From Diplonema japonicum (lineage: Eukaryota; Protista; Euglenozoa: Diplonemea): a stretch of DNA of 64,000 nucleotides. Every line of letters starts with the position of its first letter. Within the stretch, counting starts at the first letter, position 1. Positions 1 through 10,530 of the stretch are shown piece by piece. The stretch spans positions 124,001-188,000 of the forward strand of contig OZ025696.1 in NCBI GenBank assembly GCA_964019335.1, written 5' to 3'. The notes under the pieces were generated by a model. The model did not search any database and was not told the origin of the DNA. It was given only the letters and a program-made list of their open reading frames with translations. The position numbers and the translations under genes were made by a program.

Positions 1-1508
1 GTCTCCGGTGGACAGTCCCCGAACATGGGCACCGTTACCAGTAAAAGACGCTTCTCGAGCTGTTTCGCAAGAGCGTTGGCCATCATAGTCTTACCTGTCC
101 CAGGCGGGCCGTGGAACAGAAGGATGACACCTGTCCCGTACCCGCCTGTCGCATCGTGGAAACCGATATCTTGGCGGAACTGCAGGGCGGCCTCGTGGTT
201 CTCGACTGTGTCGGTGATACTCTTTTTCATCGCTTCAGGAAGAATGACACTGGAGAGGTCGACCTTCGGGGTGTAAAGGTTCGCTGCGTCGATGATATCT
301 GAGAACTTTGTGTCGAGGCCGACGAAGTAGTCAAGCATGCGGCGGTCGATCTCCACCACACAGTCCATCAGGTCGTTTCCGCCAATCATCCGACGGTCAG
401 AGACGCTGACTATCCCCGACGTGACCAGAGGACTCTGTTTGTGAAACGATTTTCTGTTCTCCATCTGCGATCTCAAAGACCCTATGCAGTGCACACCGAG
501 GAGCGTTCCTACATCAAACCCAACTGTTCCCTGCGCGCGGATGGAGCTTCCAATGCGTCGCACGTCTTGAGAAACAATCCCGCTGAGAAGGGTGACAACG
601 GTCCACAGTTCGAAATCGTTGAAGTTCTTTTGTTTTCTAACGGTCTCCAGGCGGGGCAGGCTTGTTTTCGATGTGAGCGAGAGACGAACCTCACATTTTC
701 GGAGCGCGGCTCTTTCAACACTTTGTAGTTCTCTCATTTGCGACTCGGGACGCTGCTTTTCAAAACGACGGTCATCGTCGTCTTTCATACCCAGGTTGTA
801 CAGCTTTAAACGAGCGGCAACAACCTCAAAACGATCTGACAGATAGTCCAAGTCATCTTTGTAAGCGCATAGTGTGTCAGGTTCGTCACGTTCCGGGGTT
901 CTTTCTGGCTCTTCGGGGGAAGCATCTTCTTCTTCTAATGCTAAGTCAAGAACACCTTCTTCGTTGTCGTCAGCGAGAAGCGGTTGATACCGGCCTGTTT
1001 CCTCTAATACCTCCGACAAGGACGTGTCGGAGATTTTTAGGTATTCTGAGGGTGCGATGCGGACTCCAAGGAATCCTGCCAGAACCTCTCGAGGCATTTT
1101 GAATGTTTGGCTGCGGATTGTGCCGTCAAAACCGTCCTCTACCTCGATCAGCCCTTCCTTCATGTGCCGCCTCTCAGGGGACAGAAAGGTCAGGAGCTGT
1201 CCAGGTGTCATCCCTGATGCCTTGCAAATGTTCAGTGAATCACACCTTGAATCGTAGAGCTTGTTGTTTTCTTCGAGCTGGCAACCCGTGTTGTGCAACA
1301 CTACCCAGTGCATGGCCCGGACCTCTTCTCTCGTCAGGTCTAGTTTTCTGCTTACCAATGTTAGTACTGGTCTCGGTTCCATTTCCTCCCTTTCCATTAG
1401 ACACTCTTCTCTTGCCTTGGCCCGCTCCTCCCAGTCACCTTGTATCCTGTCTTGAAGAACGCCTAGCGCACATTGCAGGTAGTGGTCATCACTCTTGAAA
1501 GGTTGCAT
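1..1508 (-). CDS. AAA+ ATPase, C-terminus runs off the window
   Basis: Absent from the ORF track (no stop in window). Manual translation from ATG 1508 (MQPFKSDDHYL) is in frame with Walker A LFHGPPGTGKTMMANALA at ~70-120; the stretches translated were open. Confidence 0.85.
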   Translation of the reverse strand, partial: MQPFKSDDHYLQCALGVLQDRIQGDWEERAKAREECLMEREEMEPRPVLTLVSRKLDLTREEVRAMHWVVLHNTGCQLEENNKLYDSRCDSLNICKASGMTPGQLLTFLSPERRHMKEGLIEVEDGFDGTIRSQTFKMPREVLAGFLGVRIAPSEYLKISDTSLSEVLEETGRYQPLLADDNEEGVLDLALEEEDASPEEPERTPERDEPDTLCAYKDDLDYLSDRFEVVAARLKLYNLGMKDDDDRRFEKQRPESQMRELQSVERAALRKCEVRLSLTSKTSLPRLETVRKQKNFNDFELWTVVTLLSGIVSQDVRRIGSSIRAQGTVGFDVGTLLGVHCIGSLRSQMENRKSFHKQSPLVTSGIVSVSDRRMIGGNDLMDCVVEIDRRMLDYFVGLDTKFSDIIDAANLYTPKVDLSSVILPEAMKKSITDTVENHEAALQFRQDIGFHDATGGYGTGVILLFHGPPGTGKTMMANALAKQLEKRLLLVTVPMFGDCPPE

Positions 1509-2428
1509 CCTTTTTTTTTTTTCTTTCTTGTTTCCCCTGTTTTTTTCTGGGGGAACAGAATGTTCTGTACAAGAGCGGCCAAAACAAAGGAGGAAAAATA
1601 AAAAAAAAAAAAGAAAGAACAAAATAAAAAAAAAAAAAAAATACCAAGAAGGAAGAAAAGAAAGTCCACATATATTTTTTTGTTGCAAGGGAGTCCCCTC
1701 TTCTGGGAGGGTGGGGGGTGTTTGTTCACGGTTTAAGGAGGAAAAGAAAAAAAAAAGGGGGGGGGAAGGGTCCCTTTTTTTTCTCTTTTTTTTTCATCTT
1801 GTTTTTTTTTTTTCTTTCCTCTCTCTTCTTTTTCGTCTTTTTCTCGCTTATAAAAGAGGAAACTGGAGCAGCTGCATGTTCCGGGCCCTTTTGTATAGAC
1901 AAGTCAAAGACTTGTTTTTGCAGGATAAAAATAGAGAAATAATCCTTATGGTCTATAAAAAAAACTCCTCCCCTTCCTGCAGTACACGCATGGGGGATAA
2001 GATGGGGAGGGGGGGGTGAAAAGGTTTGCCTGGTGCAACGCCAATAAAACAAATATAGAGGGCCGAGAAAAAAAAAGAAATCTCCCCAGTCCTAAATATT
2101 TCTTTTTAAATAGAACATCACACGAATAAAAGAAAAGGGAAAATAATGAGGGAAGAAACAATGTAATAGGGGTTAGAAAGCAGTGGATGCACGAGAGCTC
2201 GAAATCTCGGAACGAGAGTTTTTTTTTTTTTTTTTTAAAAAAAAGTTTTGCCTGTGGGCTAAATACAACTGAAAAAAAAAATGAAAAAAAGAAATTGGAA
2301 TTGAAAAAAAAAAAGAAATTGAAAAAAAAAAATCGAGAAAGTGGTTTTTCTTCTTTTTTTTTTTTTGCTTCTTTTTTTTTTTCCTCCCTCTTTTTTTTCT
2401 TTTTTTTTTTCCCTCTATTCATCGAGCT

Positions 2429-2473
<45 letters not shown>

Positions 2474-2936
2474 GAGAGTGATGTAAGGGGAAGTGGTACC
2501 AAATGTCCACTAAAATAAAATCCCGTTTTAAAGGGGTGCATGTACCATTTGTTTTTTTTTTTTTGTTTTTCTTTTTCTCTTTTCTATAATAGTTCCATTT
2601 TCGTGTTTATTTTTCTTTTTTCTTTTCTTTCAAAAAAAGAGAGGAAAAAAGCTGACCCACCGCCCCCTTGTTTTCATTCATACCACAGCAAACCAACGAC
2701 GATAGCTGGAAAAAAAAAAGAATATCCAGCGCCAATCAGCTGTTGTACCTTAAATGCTGCATAAAAGAGGGAGAAAAAGGGTAGGAAAAAAAAATGAAAC
2801 ACTCCTATCCCTCCTTCCCCCCAAAAAAAAAACCTCCTCTCCCCCCCCAGACACCCCCACTTAACTTGAAACAAAAAGAAAAAAAAAAAAGTATCGTTTT
2901 ATAAAATAAAAGATTTTTTTTCGCACTTCATATTTT

Positions 2937-2967
<31 letters not shown>

Positions 2968-2978
<11 letters not shown>

Positions 2979-4208
2979 ACCCAGCGTCAGGCTCGTTTTC
3001 ATTCACTTCAAGCATCGCTTTGGGGGGCATAGGACTTGTAGGCTCAGGGCTACAAAGCATGGGTGACAGCGGCGGAAGAACCCCTATACCCGCCTCAGCA
3101 TCGATACCAGTCTTTCGGTTGATTGGGAACTATTTTATTTTTTTTTTTTAAAAAAATTTATTTCCCCCTCAAAAAAAAAAAAAATGACTATAATGATATT
3201 TTATTTATCCTATACAACGAGATAAAGGAAGCCGATTGTAGATTCTCATCACAGGAGCAACAGACCAACAGTACCTAATAGCGGAACACGAACACGGCAA
3301 AAGCACAACAACAATACGAAGGAGGGCGGGTCCCGCTCGCTCAGCTCCTTGATCCGGACCAATGCGAGAAAGCGAAAAAAATACCCGAAAATGGCTCATA
3401 AAAAAAAAAAAAAAAAAAAAAAAAAACACACCCTGGAATCAGGTGCATAGTGCAGCCTGAAAACGACAATAGCGGAGAACACGCCAATCAGACCCCCGCA
3501 GACGATGTCACCGAAATGGTGCCTGTAGTCAATAGTTCTCGAGATCGACACAAACACCGCCGGCAACAAGCACAAGCTGAGCACGATGACACGCCAAAAC
3601 CCAACACTCTTCGCCTTGGCCATGGGCAGACGCGCCGAGACAAGGAGGGCCATGGTGGTCCAGCCTCCAAATGACATCGAAGCATGCCCAGAGGGGAAGG
3701 AACGCATGCCGTCGGTGATGATGCTTTCCGTTGAGCCACACACAGTGCTCATATAGTTGTGCGGGAGGTTTGTGGCAGTGAAGTTAAACTCCCTGTGCAG
3801 CCTGCTCATAAAATCAGGTCGATGCCTCCCCGCGAAGTTCTTGAAGGGGTCCGTGATGACGATCGCTAACAAGAATGTTTGTGTCATCAGCAAGCACACT
3901 GTGTGGATATCGTGAGCAAGTGGGACTTGCTTCAATCTGAACAACCACACCATCGCCACCCCCACTGCCATCGGCGCCGCCCACGCTATGAACGGTAATG
4001 ACCAGTTCGGGAAAGACTCGTGGGTACTGTAAGGGTGGTTGATGGACGGATCGGTGGGGTCGAAGTCCCGACACCTCGGGCCATAAAATCGGAACGGCGC
4101 CCAGATCAACATCGGCAGCGCTGCCAAAACCCAGTCCACGAAGTACGTCCAGTGCCACCACGAGCTGTCCTCATTCCAATTCCGCAGGTACGTGAACACG
4201 GCACCCAT
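2968..4208 (-). CDS. PAP2-family lipid phosphate phosphatase, two exons (4208-3432 and 3129-2968)
   Basis: Motifs KNFAGRHRP, SFPSGH, SRTIDYRHH plus TM helices. Unspliced ORF ends in poly-Phe; splicing adds an in-frame 53-aa tail FPINRKTG...GSCV*. Confidence 0.85.
3130..3431 (-). other. Predicted 302-nt GT-AG cis-intron
   Basis: AGG|GTGTGT-(T)n ... (A)n-TAAAATAG|TTC; phase-0 join gives a 54-codon open exon ending TAA. Confidence 0.6.
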
Positions 4209-4299
4209 TTTTTTTTTTTTTTTTAATCTGTCAGATCATTGTGGATGGGGGGGAAAAAAAAAAGAAATGGAAAGGGGGGGGGGGAAAATTCTACATAAT

Positions 4300-5559
4300 C
4301 TAAGGGTCGCATAAGGATTCCACCGAGTAGTCTAACACTGACTGCACGGCTCGCTCGCCCACTTCCGGTGGTATTGGTGTGGGCTTCCCCGGAGTCCCCG
4401 ACGGCTTGGACGGTGCGTGGGAGCGATGCGACTGCAGCACCATCATGAGATCAGAGAGCGGCTGCGAGACCATCGGCTTCGAGGGATCTGCTTCTGTGTG
4501 AGGCAATGACGCCTGTGAGTAGGGCTTCGGCACTGACATGCGCTCCGACATTGTCGGAGACTGTGACATGTCTCTCTGCGGCTGGACGGCGAGAGGCTGC
4601 TCTGGTTCACGCGTCTGGGTGCCGAACTGTGACGAAGCTTGCGGCTGCGCTTGCAGCTCACGCATCGGCGAAGACTCCTGCAACGTTCCATCGTAGGAGG
4701 CAGGCGCATGCCGCATTGCTGAAGAGAGCGGCGCTACCACCTCATGCTGCTCCGTGTTGTTTTGCGACTCTCCATATTGTGAAGTCGATGGGTGCTGTGA
4801 GCCATGGGGCTCCGATGCATTCTGCGAGGGTGAATGATGCGGCATCCTGTACCCGTGCTGCGATGCTGCCTGAGACATTTCGGCGAACTGTGGTCCGGAA
4901 GCGTGGGCAGGCACTGACATTTGCGGTGGAGCCACCTGCGCCAGGGAGTGGGGCTGCGGTATTGTCTCGAACTGCAGCGAAGAAGACGACTCACAATGCG
5001 ACAGCAGCTGCTCGAGCGATGCAGGCGGCTGGGAAGGCTGTGCGGAGGATAATGTTTGGTGTATCTCAGCCTGCGACACGTCCAACAGCTGGCCATACGT
5101 CGCGGAAGGGTGCAGCAGTGCCTGCGCATGAGTTGGGGAAGGTACCTGTGTTGATGGAGTCGTGGCAAGCTCGTGATGCACCTGTTCTGGCAGTTGCAGA
5201 GTGACAGCTCGGGCTGCGGGCTCCGCCAATTGTGCCGCCGCATGGAACTGTGCCAGAAGGTCCTCTGGGTCTGCGGACAGCTGTACCGGCGGTTGTGACA
5301 ACTGCGCCGGCGGTTGTGGGGCTGACAGCTGTACTGGCGGTTGTGGGGCTGACAGCTGTACCGGCGGTTGTGGGGCTGACAGTTGGGTTGGCGTTGTTTG
5401 CGTCTGCAGAGCCGCCATTGCCCTGCCTACACTGTTCCTCAACTCCCTGTGCATGTCCTCGTACAACGCTTCAACATTCCCAACCCGCACTCCAAGCTCT
5501 CTGGTGGACTCGTCAAAGGAGTCGAATGCCCTCACATTCACTACCTGATCATCTTGCAT
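4300..5559 (-). CDS. Gln/Pro/Ser-rich low-complexity protein with short N-terminal coiled coil
   Basis: Long ORF; probable start MQDDQVV, since the upstream extension is homopolymer-derived. Confidence 0.65.
   Translation of the reverse strand: MQDDQVVNVRAFDSFDESTRELGVRVGNVEALYEDMHRELRNSVGRAMAALQTQTTPTQLSAPQPPVQLSAPQPPVQLSAPQPPAQLSQPPVQLSADPEDLLAQFHAAAQLAEPAARAVTLQLPEQVHHELATTPSTQVPSPTHAQALLHPSATYGQLLDVSQAEIHQTLSSAQPSQPPASLEQLLSHCESSSSLQFETIPQPHSLAQVAPPQMSVPAHASGPQFAEMSQAASQHGYRMPHHSPSQNASEPHGSQHPSTSQYGESQNNTEQHEVVAPLSSAMRHAPASYDGTLQESSPMRELQAQPQASSQFGTQTREPEQPLAVQPQRDMSQSPTMSERMSVPKPYSQASLPHTEADPSKPMVSQPLSDLMMVLQSHRSHAPSKPSGTPGKPTPIPPEVGERAVQSVLDYSVESLCDP
5275..5385 (-). repeat. 27-bp coding tandem repeat (QLSAPQPPV, ~4 units)
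   Basis: Unit ccggcggttgtggggctgacagctgta repeated with variants. Confidence 0.85.
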
Positions 5560-6386
5560 GCCTCCACCTGTGTAGTAGATATTCCACAAGAAAACAAGAT
5601 ATACAAAAAAAAGACGCGTAAGCGCTGCAAGGTTGCCAACGAAACAAACGCCAGTAAAAGATAAGAGAGGTGGAAACAAGAGGGCCTTGGGGGGGACAAC
5701 TGGGGCAACAAATCCTTGAAAAACCGGCCGAGCTTTTTTTTTTTTTCTTTTTGTAACAACTAGTCGTGCCCTGTTTTTTCTTCTCATCTTCCATCCTAGG
5801 TTGTTGCCTGTTTTAGGGGATCGGCCCCCCCCCAGGGGAGTTAAGGTAAAAAAAAAAAAAGGAAGACCATACATGCCAGTCGCTCTGGAAACAAAACAGA
5901 ATAAAAAAATATAAGTTATACATTCACGAGGGTCCGGGCGTGGTGTCCCTGATCCTAATAATTCTTAAAATAACCGCCACCTGTAGTAGAGGGGGACTTT
6001 AATGACTAAGAAGTCCATTGGCTCCATGAACCGCTAGCCCTCACTGAGTACCAATAAGTGGGGGAAAACATAAAGGGAAATGTTTTTTTCTTTTTCTTCT
6101 TCTTCTTCTCGGTCACGCTATTATTAGTTTGCCCTCAGCACCTTTGAAAATAGCAAAAAAAAAATGGAACCATTTTCTGCTCTTTCGAACAAATAAAAAT
6201 ATAAAAAAAAAAAAAAAACAGGGGAAGAGAAGGGGGGACATTTGAAATTCCTCGTTTTCTGCCCAAAGTGGGCCACCCGCACGAGAGTGTCAAGTGGGGG
6301 AGAAATAGGAGCAAGTGTGGGAGGCATTAAAAGAAAAAAAAAAAAGAAAAAAAAAGGAAAGGGCAACGTTTAAAAACCGATACCGA

Positions 6387-7958
6387 CTAGTTCTTAGGCT
6401 TGTAGGGACCAAAGAAGTACCCAGACTGCTTCTTGGTGAAGGTCTGGGTGCTGCAGGCCAACGATCCCGAGTCGCCGGGCTTTTCGTAGCAAGACGACCC
6501 CGTGTAGCTTGATCCATTCGTTGAGTTTCCGGAGAACCAGTTGTTCCAGGTCACTCCGTGATCGCCACCAGCACCAATGTAATCGATGTAGTACGAGAGG
6601 TACGAAGAGTTCAGCTGCAGCGACACGAGAGACTCAAAATGGTCCTGGTTGGTCGGTGCAGGCGGCAGAGGGGCCGCCCCATAACCTGCCCCATTGGGGT
6701 AGAACGAACACAACATGTCGTCAGTGGTCCTCACCCCAACAGGGAGGATGTACTGGACTTCAGGAAGGAAGTTCAGGTAAGGGGTCACTGGCTTCACCTC
6801 ACCTAAGATCTTCTTGGACAGCGTCACACACTGGTCGGGGAGGTCGAAGCACCCCTTCCCGCCCTGCTCGGGGTTGTTGTAGCCGATGATGGTGGCAATG
6901 TTGCCGTGCGCCGTGCTGTACCCCGACTGCATGCTGAGGTACGCAGACGAGGTCAGGTTCCAAGGAACAGCGTAGCTCGTCTTCATGGGGTAGAACGACT
7001 GCGTGTAGTACATGTTCTCACGGAGGGAGGTCGCAAGGTTCTGCCTAGCAGTTTGCACTTCAGAGGTCACAAGCGAAGGGGGCATCTTCAGACCAATGTA
7101 GCTCGCAGGTTCGTAGGTGTAGAAACCCTCCCCGAGGTAGGTGAGGCCTTTGTTGGGTGAGAAGGAGATCTGGGTCGAGAAGTTCTGCGTGGCGTAGTTG
7201 AGAAGCCCATCCGCAGCCTGCTGGCAGTCCCCCATGTTCCCGAACTCGCAGGTGAGGACGTAGTACTGCTGCGAGGAGTCCTTGGCAAGGATCTTCGCAA
7301 GGTCAGAAGGCTGCCCACCGACCTGGAAGGCCGACATCTCAACGCGTCCCGAGAAGGACCTCTGTTCCGTGATCTTCTGAACAGAGGTGGTGGCGCTCAC
7401 GATGTCATCCAGGCCTGCAGAGATGGAGGTCTTGAACTCCTCGATCTCCTCCTTGCAGCTCATCACAACGTTGATGCTCAACATGAGGAGTGCCCCCTCC
7501 TCGTACGAGGTGAGGTACGAGTCCCCGCACACAACACGGAAGTAAGGGTTCTTCCCTTTTGCATACATCTGCTGCCCGAAGGGGGTCAGCCCGTTCAGAC
7601 CGGTCCCGTTCAGCTGGATGTTCACATTGGCGGAGGTGTACTGGTAGTAGTTCAGCGACATGGAGTACTCCTTGTCCTCCACAGCCTTCAGGTACGATGT
7701 CTCAGCGTCTACTTGGAACATCCCGACCCCTGCCCCCACCCCGACAGTGCGTCGCACAGACTGCTCCAAGTCGCTGAAGGACATTGCAGTCTGCAGCTCG
7801 ATGTGCGATGTCTCGCGGTTCACCGTCTGTATCGACCCGACGTAGCACGCCTGCTGTGACACCTGCTGCGTGTCTGCTGAGAACCCGTACCCCACCATCG
7901 TGTCCGGCGTCTGCCCTGCGCACACAGCCGCAAGTAGTGCTCCTACTAACCACTTCAT
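6387..7958 (-). CDS. Secreted MACPF/CDC-like protein, copy A
   Basis: Signal peptide MKWLVGALLAAVCAG. N-terminal VGYGF..C and FRVVCGDSYLTSYEEGA resemble the MACPF signature (Y/W)G(T/S)H(F/Y)x6GG. Family call is inferred. Confidence 0.6.
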   Translation of the reverse strand: MKWLVGALLAAVCAGQTPDTMVGYGFSADTQQVSQQACYVGSIQTVNRETSHIELQTAMSFSDLEQSVRRTVGVGAGVGMFQVDAETSYLKAVEDKEYSMSLNYYQYTSANVNIQLNGTGLNGLTPFGQQMYAKGKNPYFRVVCGDSYLTSYEEGALLMLSINVVMSCKEEIEEFKTSISAGLDDIVSATTSVQKITEQRSFSGRVEMSAFQVGGQPSDLAKILAKDSSQQYYVLTCEFGNMGDCQQAADGLLNYATQNFSTQISFSPNKGLTYLGEGFYTYEPASYIGLKMPPSLVTSEVQTARQNLATSLRENMYYTQSFYPMKTSYAVPWNLTSSAYLSMQSGYSTAHGNIATIIGYNNPEQGGKGCFDLPDQCVTLSKKILGEVKPVTPYLNFLPEVQYILPVGVRTTDDMLCSFYPNGAGYGAAPLPPAPTNQDHFESLVSLQLNSSYLSYYIDYIGAGGDHGVTWNNWFSGNSTNGSSYTGSSCYEKPGDSGSLACSTQTFTKKQSGYFFGPYKPKN

Positions 7959-8304
7959 TCTTTCGTAGCTTACCCTGAAGTGTGTTACACGTTCTAATCG
8001 AAATATTATACATATGAGATAAAGGAGTACAAAATAAATATAGAAAAGAGATGCAACGAGAGAGGCAAACCCCAGCCTGCTTGGAGGATAATGTCTTCTG
8101 CGAAACGAGTGGAACTGAAATAAGAGAAAATTATAAGTCCTACTCAGCAAAAGAAGTCGAAGAATACAGAAGGCTGGGGCCGAGAACGATTAGAATATAA
8201 AAGCGATTACACATAAAGAGGAAAGCAAAGGGGCAAGGAGAGGTAACGCACGGTAAAAGATGTCTGTTGACTTAAGTGGAGATAGAATGAGATAAGCAAG
8301 ACGA

Positions 8305-9609
8305 TCACGGCATGGTGATGTACTTACAGTAGTCCTCTTGGGAGGTGACCTTGCTCACCTCTGTGAAACCTTTCTTTATGGAAACCTTAGCTTCTGAAAT
8401 GTCGATGGACTGCTGGAGAGCCCCCCCTCGGCCAAGAGCTTCAAAAAGATACCTGAAGCAAAGAAGGTCCGTCCGCAGGGTGTCAGCCTCTCGAGCAACG
8501 GCGGCGGCGGTGTCCTCCCAGGAGCGACCCGACAGAGGCAGCAGTGCAAGCAGCGATGCAATGCGAGGGACCCTGCTCTCGGTTGAGATGTCGCGCATCA
8601 TGACATCGATGTGCTTCTGCACGCTGCCGCCCTCCCGCCCGTCCACCCTGCGCAGTGTGTCCAGCAGGGCATGGTAGCACTCGATAAACCTGTCGTCTGC
8701 ACGACCGCACTGTGCCACCTCAGCCACCATCGACTCCATCACTGAACCCACACACTCAACAAGTTGTCTGACCCACCCTTCTGGTGGCGATTGTCCCATT
8801 GACCTGAGCTGCGTGGAAATACCTTCCAGACAGCTAACCAGCAGTCCCTGTTCCATCACACGGTTGCTGTGGTCCTCGGTGTAGCTCAAGGGGAGGAAGT
8901 GGGTGAATGTCTTCAAGTTGTTGCTGGACTTCCTCACACCCAGTGTGAAGGCCTCGTGGGACAGCACCTCGCCAGGAGTGGACAGCCCTTCTGCAGTGAC
9001 GTTAATGCCAATCCCCAGCAAAGCATCTTCGTCCTCAACCTTCGCACAGCTGCTGTAGCACACAATCCCGCTGACAGGAACAACTGCAGGACCATTTTCT
9101 TCAATCTCCGGGTAAGGGGAAGAGGTCTTGTGGCCACACGGGCAGGTGATGGTCTCGTTGTGCTCCTTCGCAGTCTTGATGTCTACGGCAGCTGAGGACA
9201 GCAAGCCGTCAGCGTTGGAGAGGAGGTTCTGCATCTGGACGAGGATTGTCTCCAGGGTGCAGGCGGGGGACCAGCCCTCGTCAGTGGAGCCCCATTCTCC
9301 GTGGTGGTTCTTGTAGTTGTTGAAGATGTTGAGGCACACTGCCCTGCGCCCCTTGGAGTCTGTCATGTGCGAGCCCCCTGCGTACGTGATGGGTGTCACG
9401 AAGAAGGCGTTCGGCGCGTTCACAGGGTAGTCGGATCCGATCTCGAGAACGAAGTGTATCCTCACCCCTTCGTAGACCCCTGCAGGCCCGATCACGTTGC
9501 AGTGGATCTCGTTCAGATTGTCCTCGCAGGGGGCAGCAGAAGCTCCGGGCACAGGGTGCTTCTGAAGCTGCTTCAACTGGCGCATGATACTCTTCGAGGG
9601 GGAAGACAT
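8305..9609 (-). CDS. Ubiquitin-conjugating (E2/UBC) domain protein with long C-terminal extension, copy A
   Basis: IMRQLKQLQ, GPAGVYEG, DYPVNAP, putative catalytic AVCLNIF, WSPACTLETILVQMQ. Confidence 0.85.
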   Translation of the reverse strand: MSSPSKSIMRQLKQLQKHPVPGASAAPCEDNLNEIHCNVIGPAGVYEGVRIHFVLEIGSDYPVNAPNAFFVTPITYAGGSHMTDSKGRRAVCLNIFNNYKNHHGEWGSTDEGWSPACTLETILVQMQNLLSNADGLLSSAAVDIKTAKEHNETITCPCGHKTSSPYPEIEENGPAVVPVSGIVCYSSCAKVEDEDALLGIGINVTAEGLSTPGEVLSHEAFTLGVRKSSNNLKTFTHFLPLSYTEDHSNRVMEQGLLVSCLEGISTQLRSMGQSPPEGWVRQLVECVGSVMESMVAEVAQCGRADDRFIECYHALLDTLRRVDGREGGSVQKHIDVMMRDISTESRVPRIASLLALLPLSGRSWEDTAAAVAREADTLRTDLLCFRYLFEALGRGGALQQSIDISEAKVSIKKGFTEVSKVTSQEDYCKYITMP

Positions 9610-9778
9610 TGTGGTTGTGTGTATAAAATCTGAGATGGCATTGAGCACGGGTTTGGGAGAACAAACTAATTGCGTCAAAAGAAATAAAAAGAAACAAGGT
9701 TAAAGGAGGAGAGTAAGTACAAGGCAAGTAAAAAAAAAAAGAGATTCGTGTTAAAAATAAACATAAAAAGAATTTAGA

Positions 9779-9820
9779 GGAGTTAAAGAACGCCTTTTGT
9801 GAGACGCCCCCTTGTTCATC
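9779..9820 (-). repeat. Family A retroposon-like 3' terminus, short degenerate copy
   Basis: gagttaaagaacgccttttgtgagacgcccccttgttc matches 14658-14695. Confidence 0.55.
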
Positions 9821-10530
9821 AACTGCCTGCCCCTTTAAGAATAAAACAAACTCCCAGGTGACAAGAAACCAGACCTACATATCTGTGTGTTGTTTCCTAT
9901 TCTTTTTTTTTTTCTTCCTTCTTTTCTTTCGGGACGGTGCGGAACGGGTTGCTGGGAATTGACTTTTCTTAGCCACCCTCCCCTCTCCCTCGTTCAGAGG
10001 GACTTTTTTCTCTTTTTTTGTATTAGGTGAAAAAAAAAAAAAGAAATATTGTGATCTTCAAAAATGAAAAAGAATAAAAAAAAAGAAAATAGAAAAGAAA
10101 AAATGGGAAAGGATTAGGTACGCAAACGGGGTTAGTTCGCCTGCCAGCGTCAAAAGAAGCTGGTTCAGGTCTTGTTTTTTTTTTTGTTGCATACAACATG
10201 GCCAGTAAAAGTAAGAAAGAAAAAACCTTTTTGATGAAAGGAGAGAAAATAAGCAAGGCATTTTAAAAAAAAAGAAGAATGAAAAAAAAAAAAAAAAGGA
10301 TTCGATTTTCAATATTTTGTTGAAACAGCAAAGTAAAGACAATCCCACTTTTGAGAAAGCTTCTAAAAATAAAAATAAAAAAAAAACAAAGAAAAAAAAA
10401 AAAAGCACTCTTGACAATGAGGTGCTGGGGAGAGAAGTGTGTAAAAAAAGTTTTTTAATAATAACGTAAAAAACGTGCTGTGCAGCTCAAGCAGAAAAGC
10501 AAAAAGAGAGAAAGACCAAAAATAAAGAGC

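Noticed and set aside
1463-2874. Numerous poly-K/poly-F ORFs in intergenic DNA and homopolymer-derived N-terminal extensions
   Set aside because: Translations of A/T homopolymers; starts were moved to the first credible ATG.
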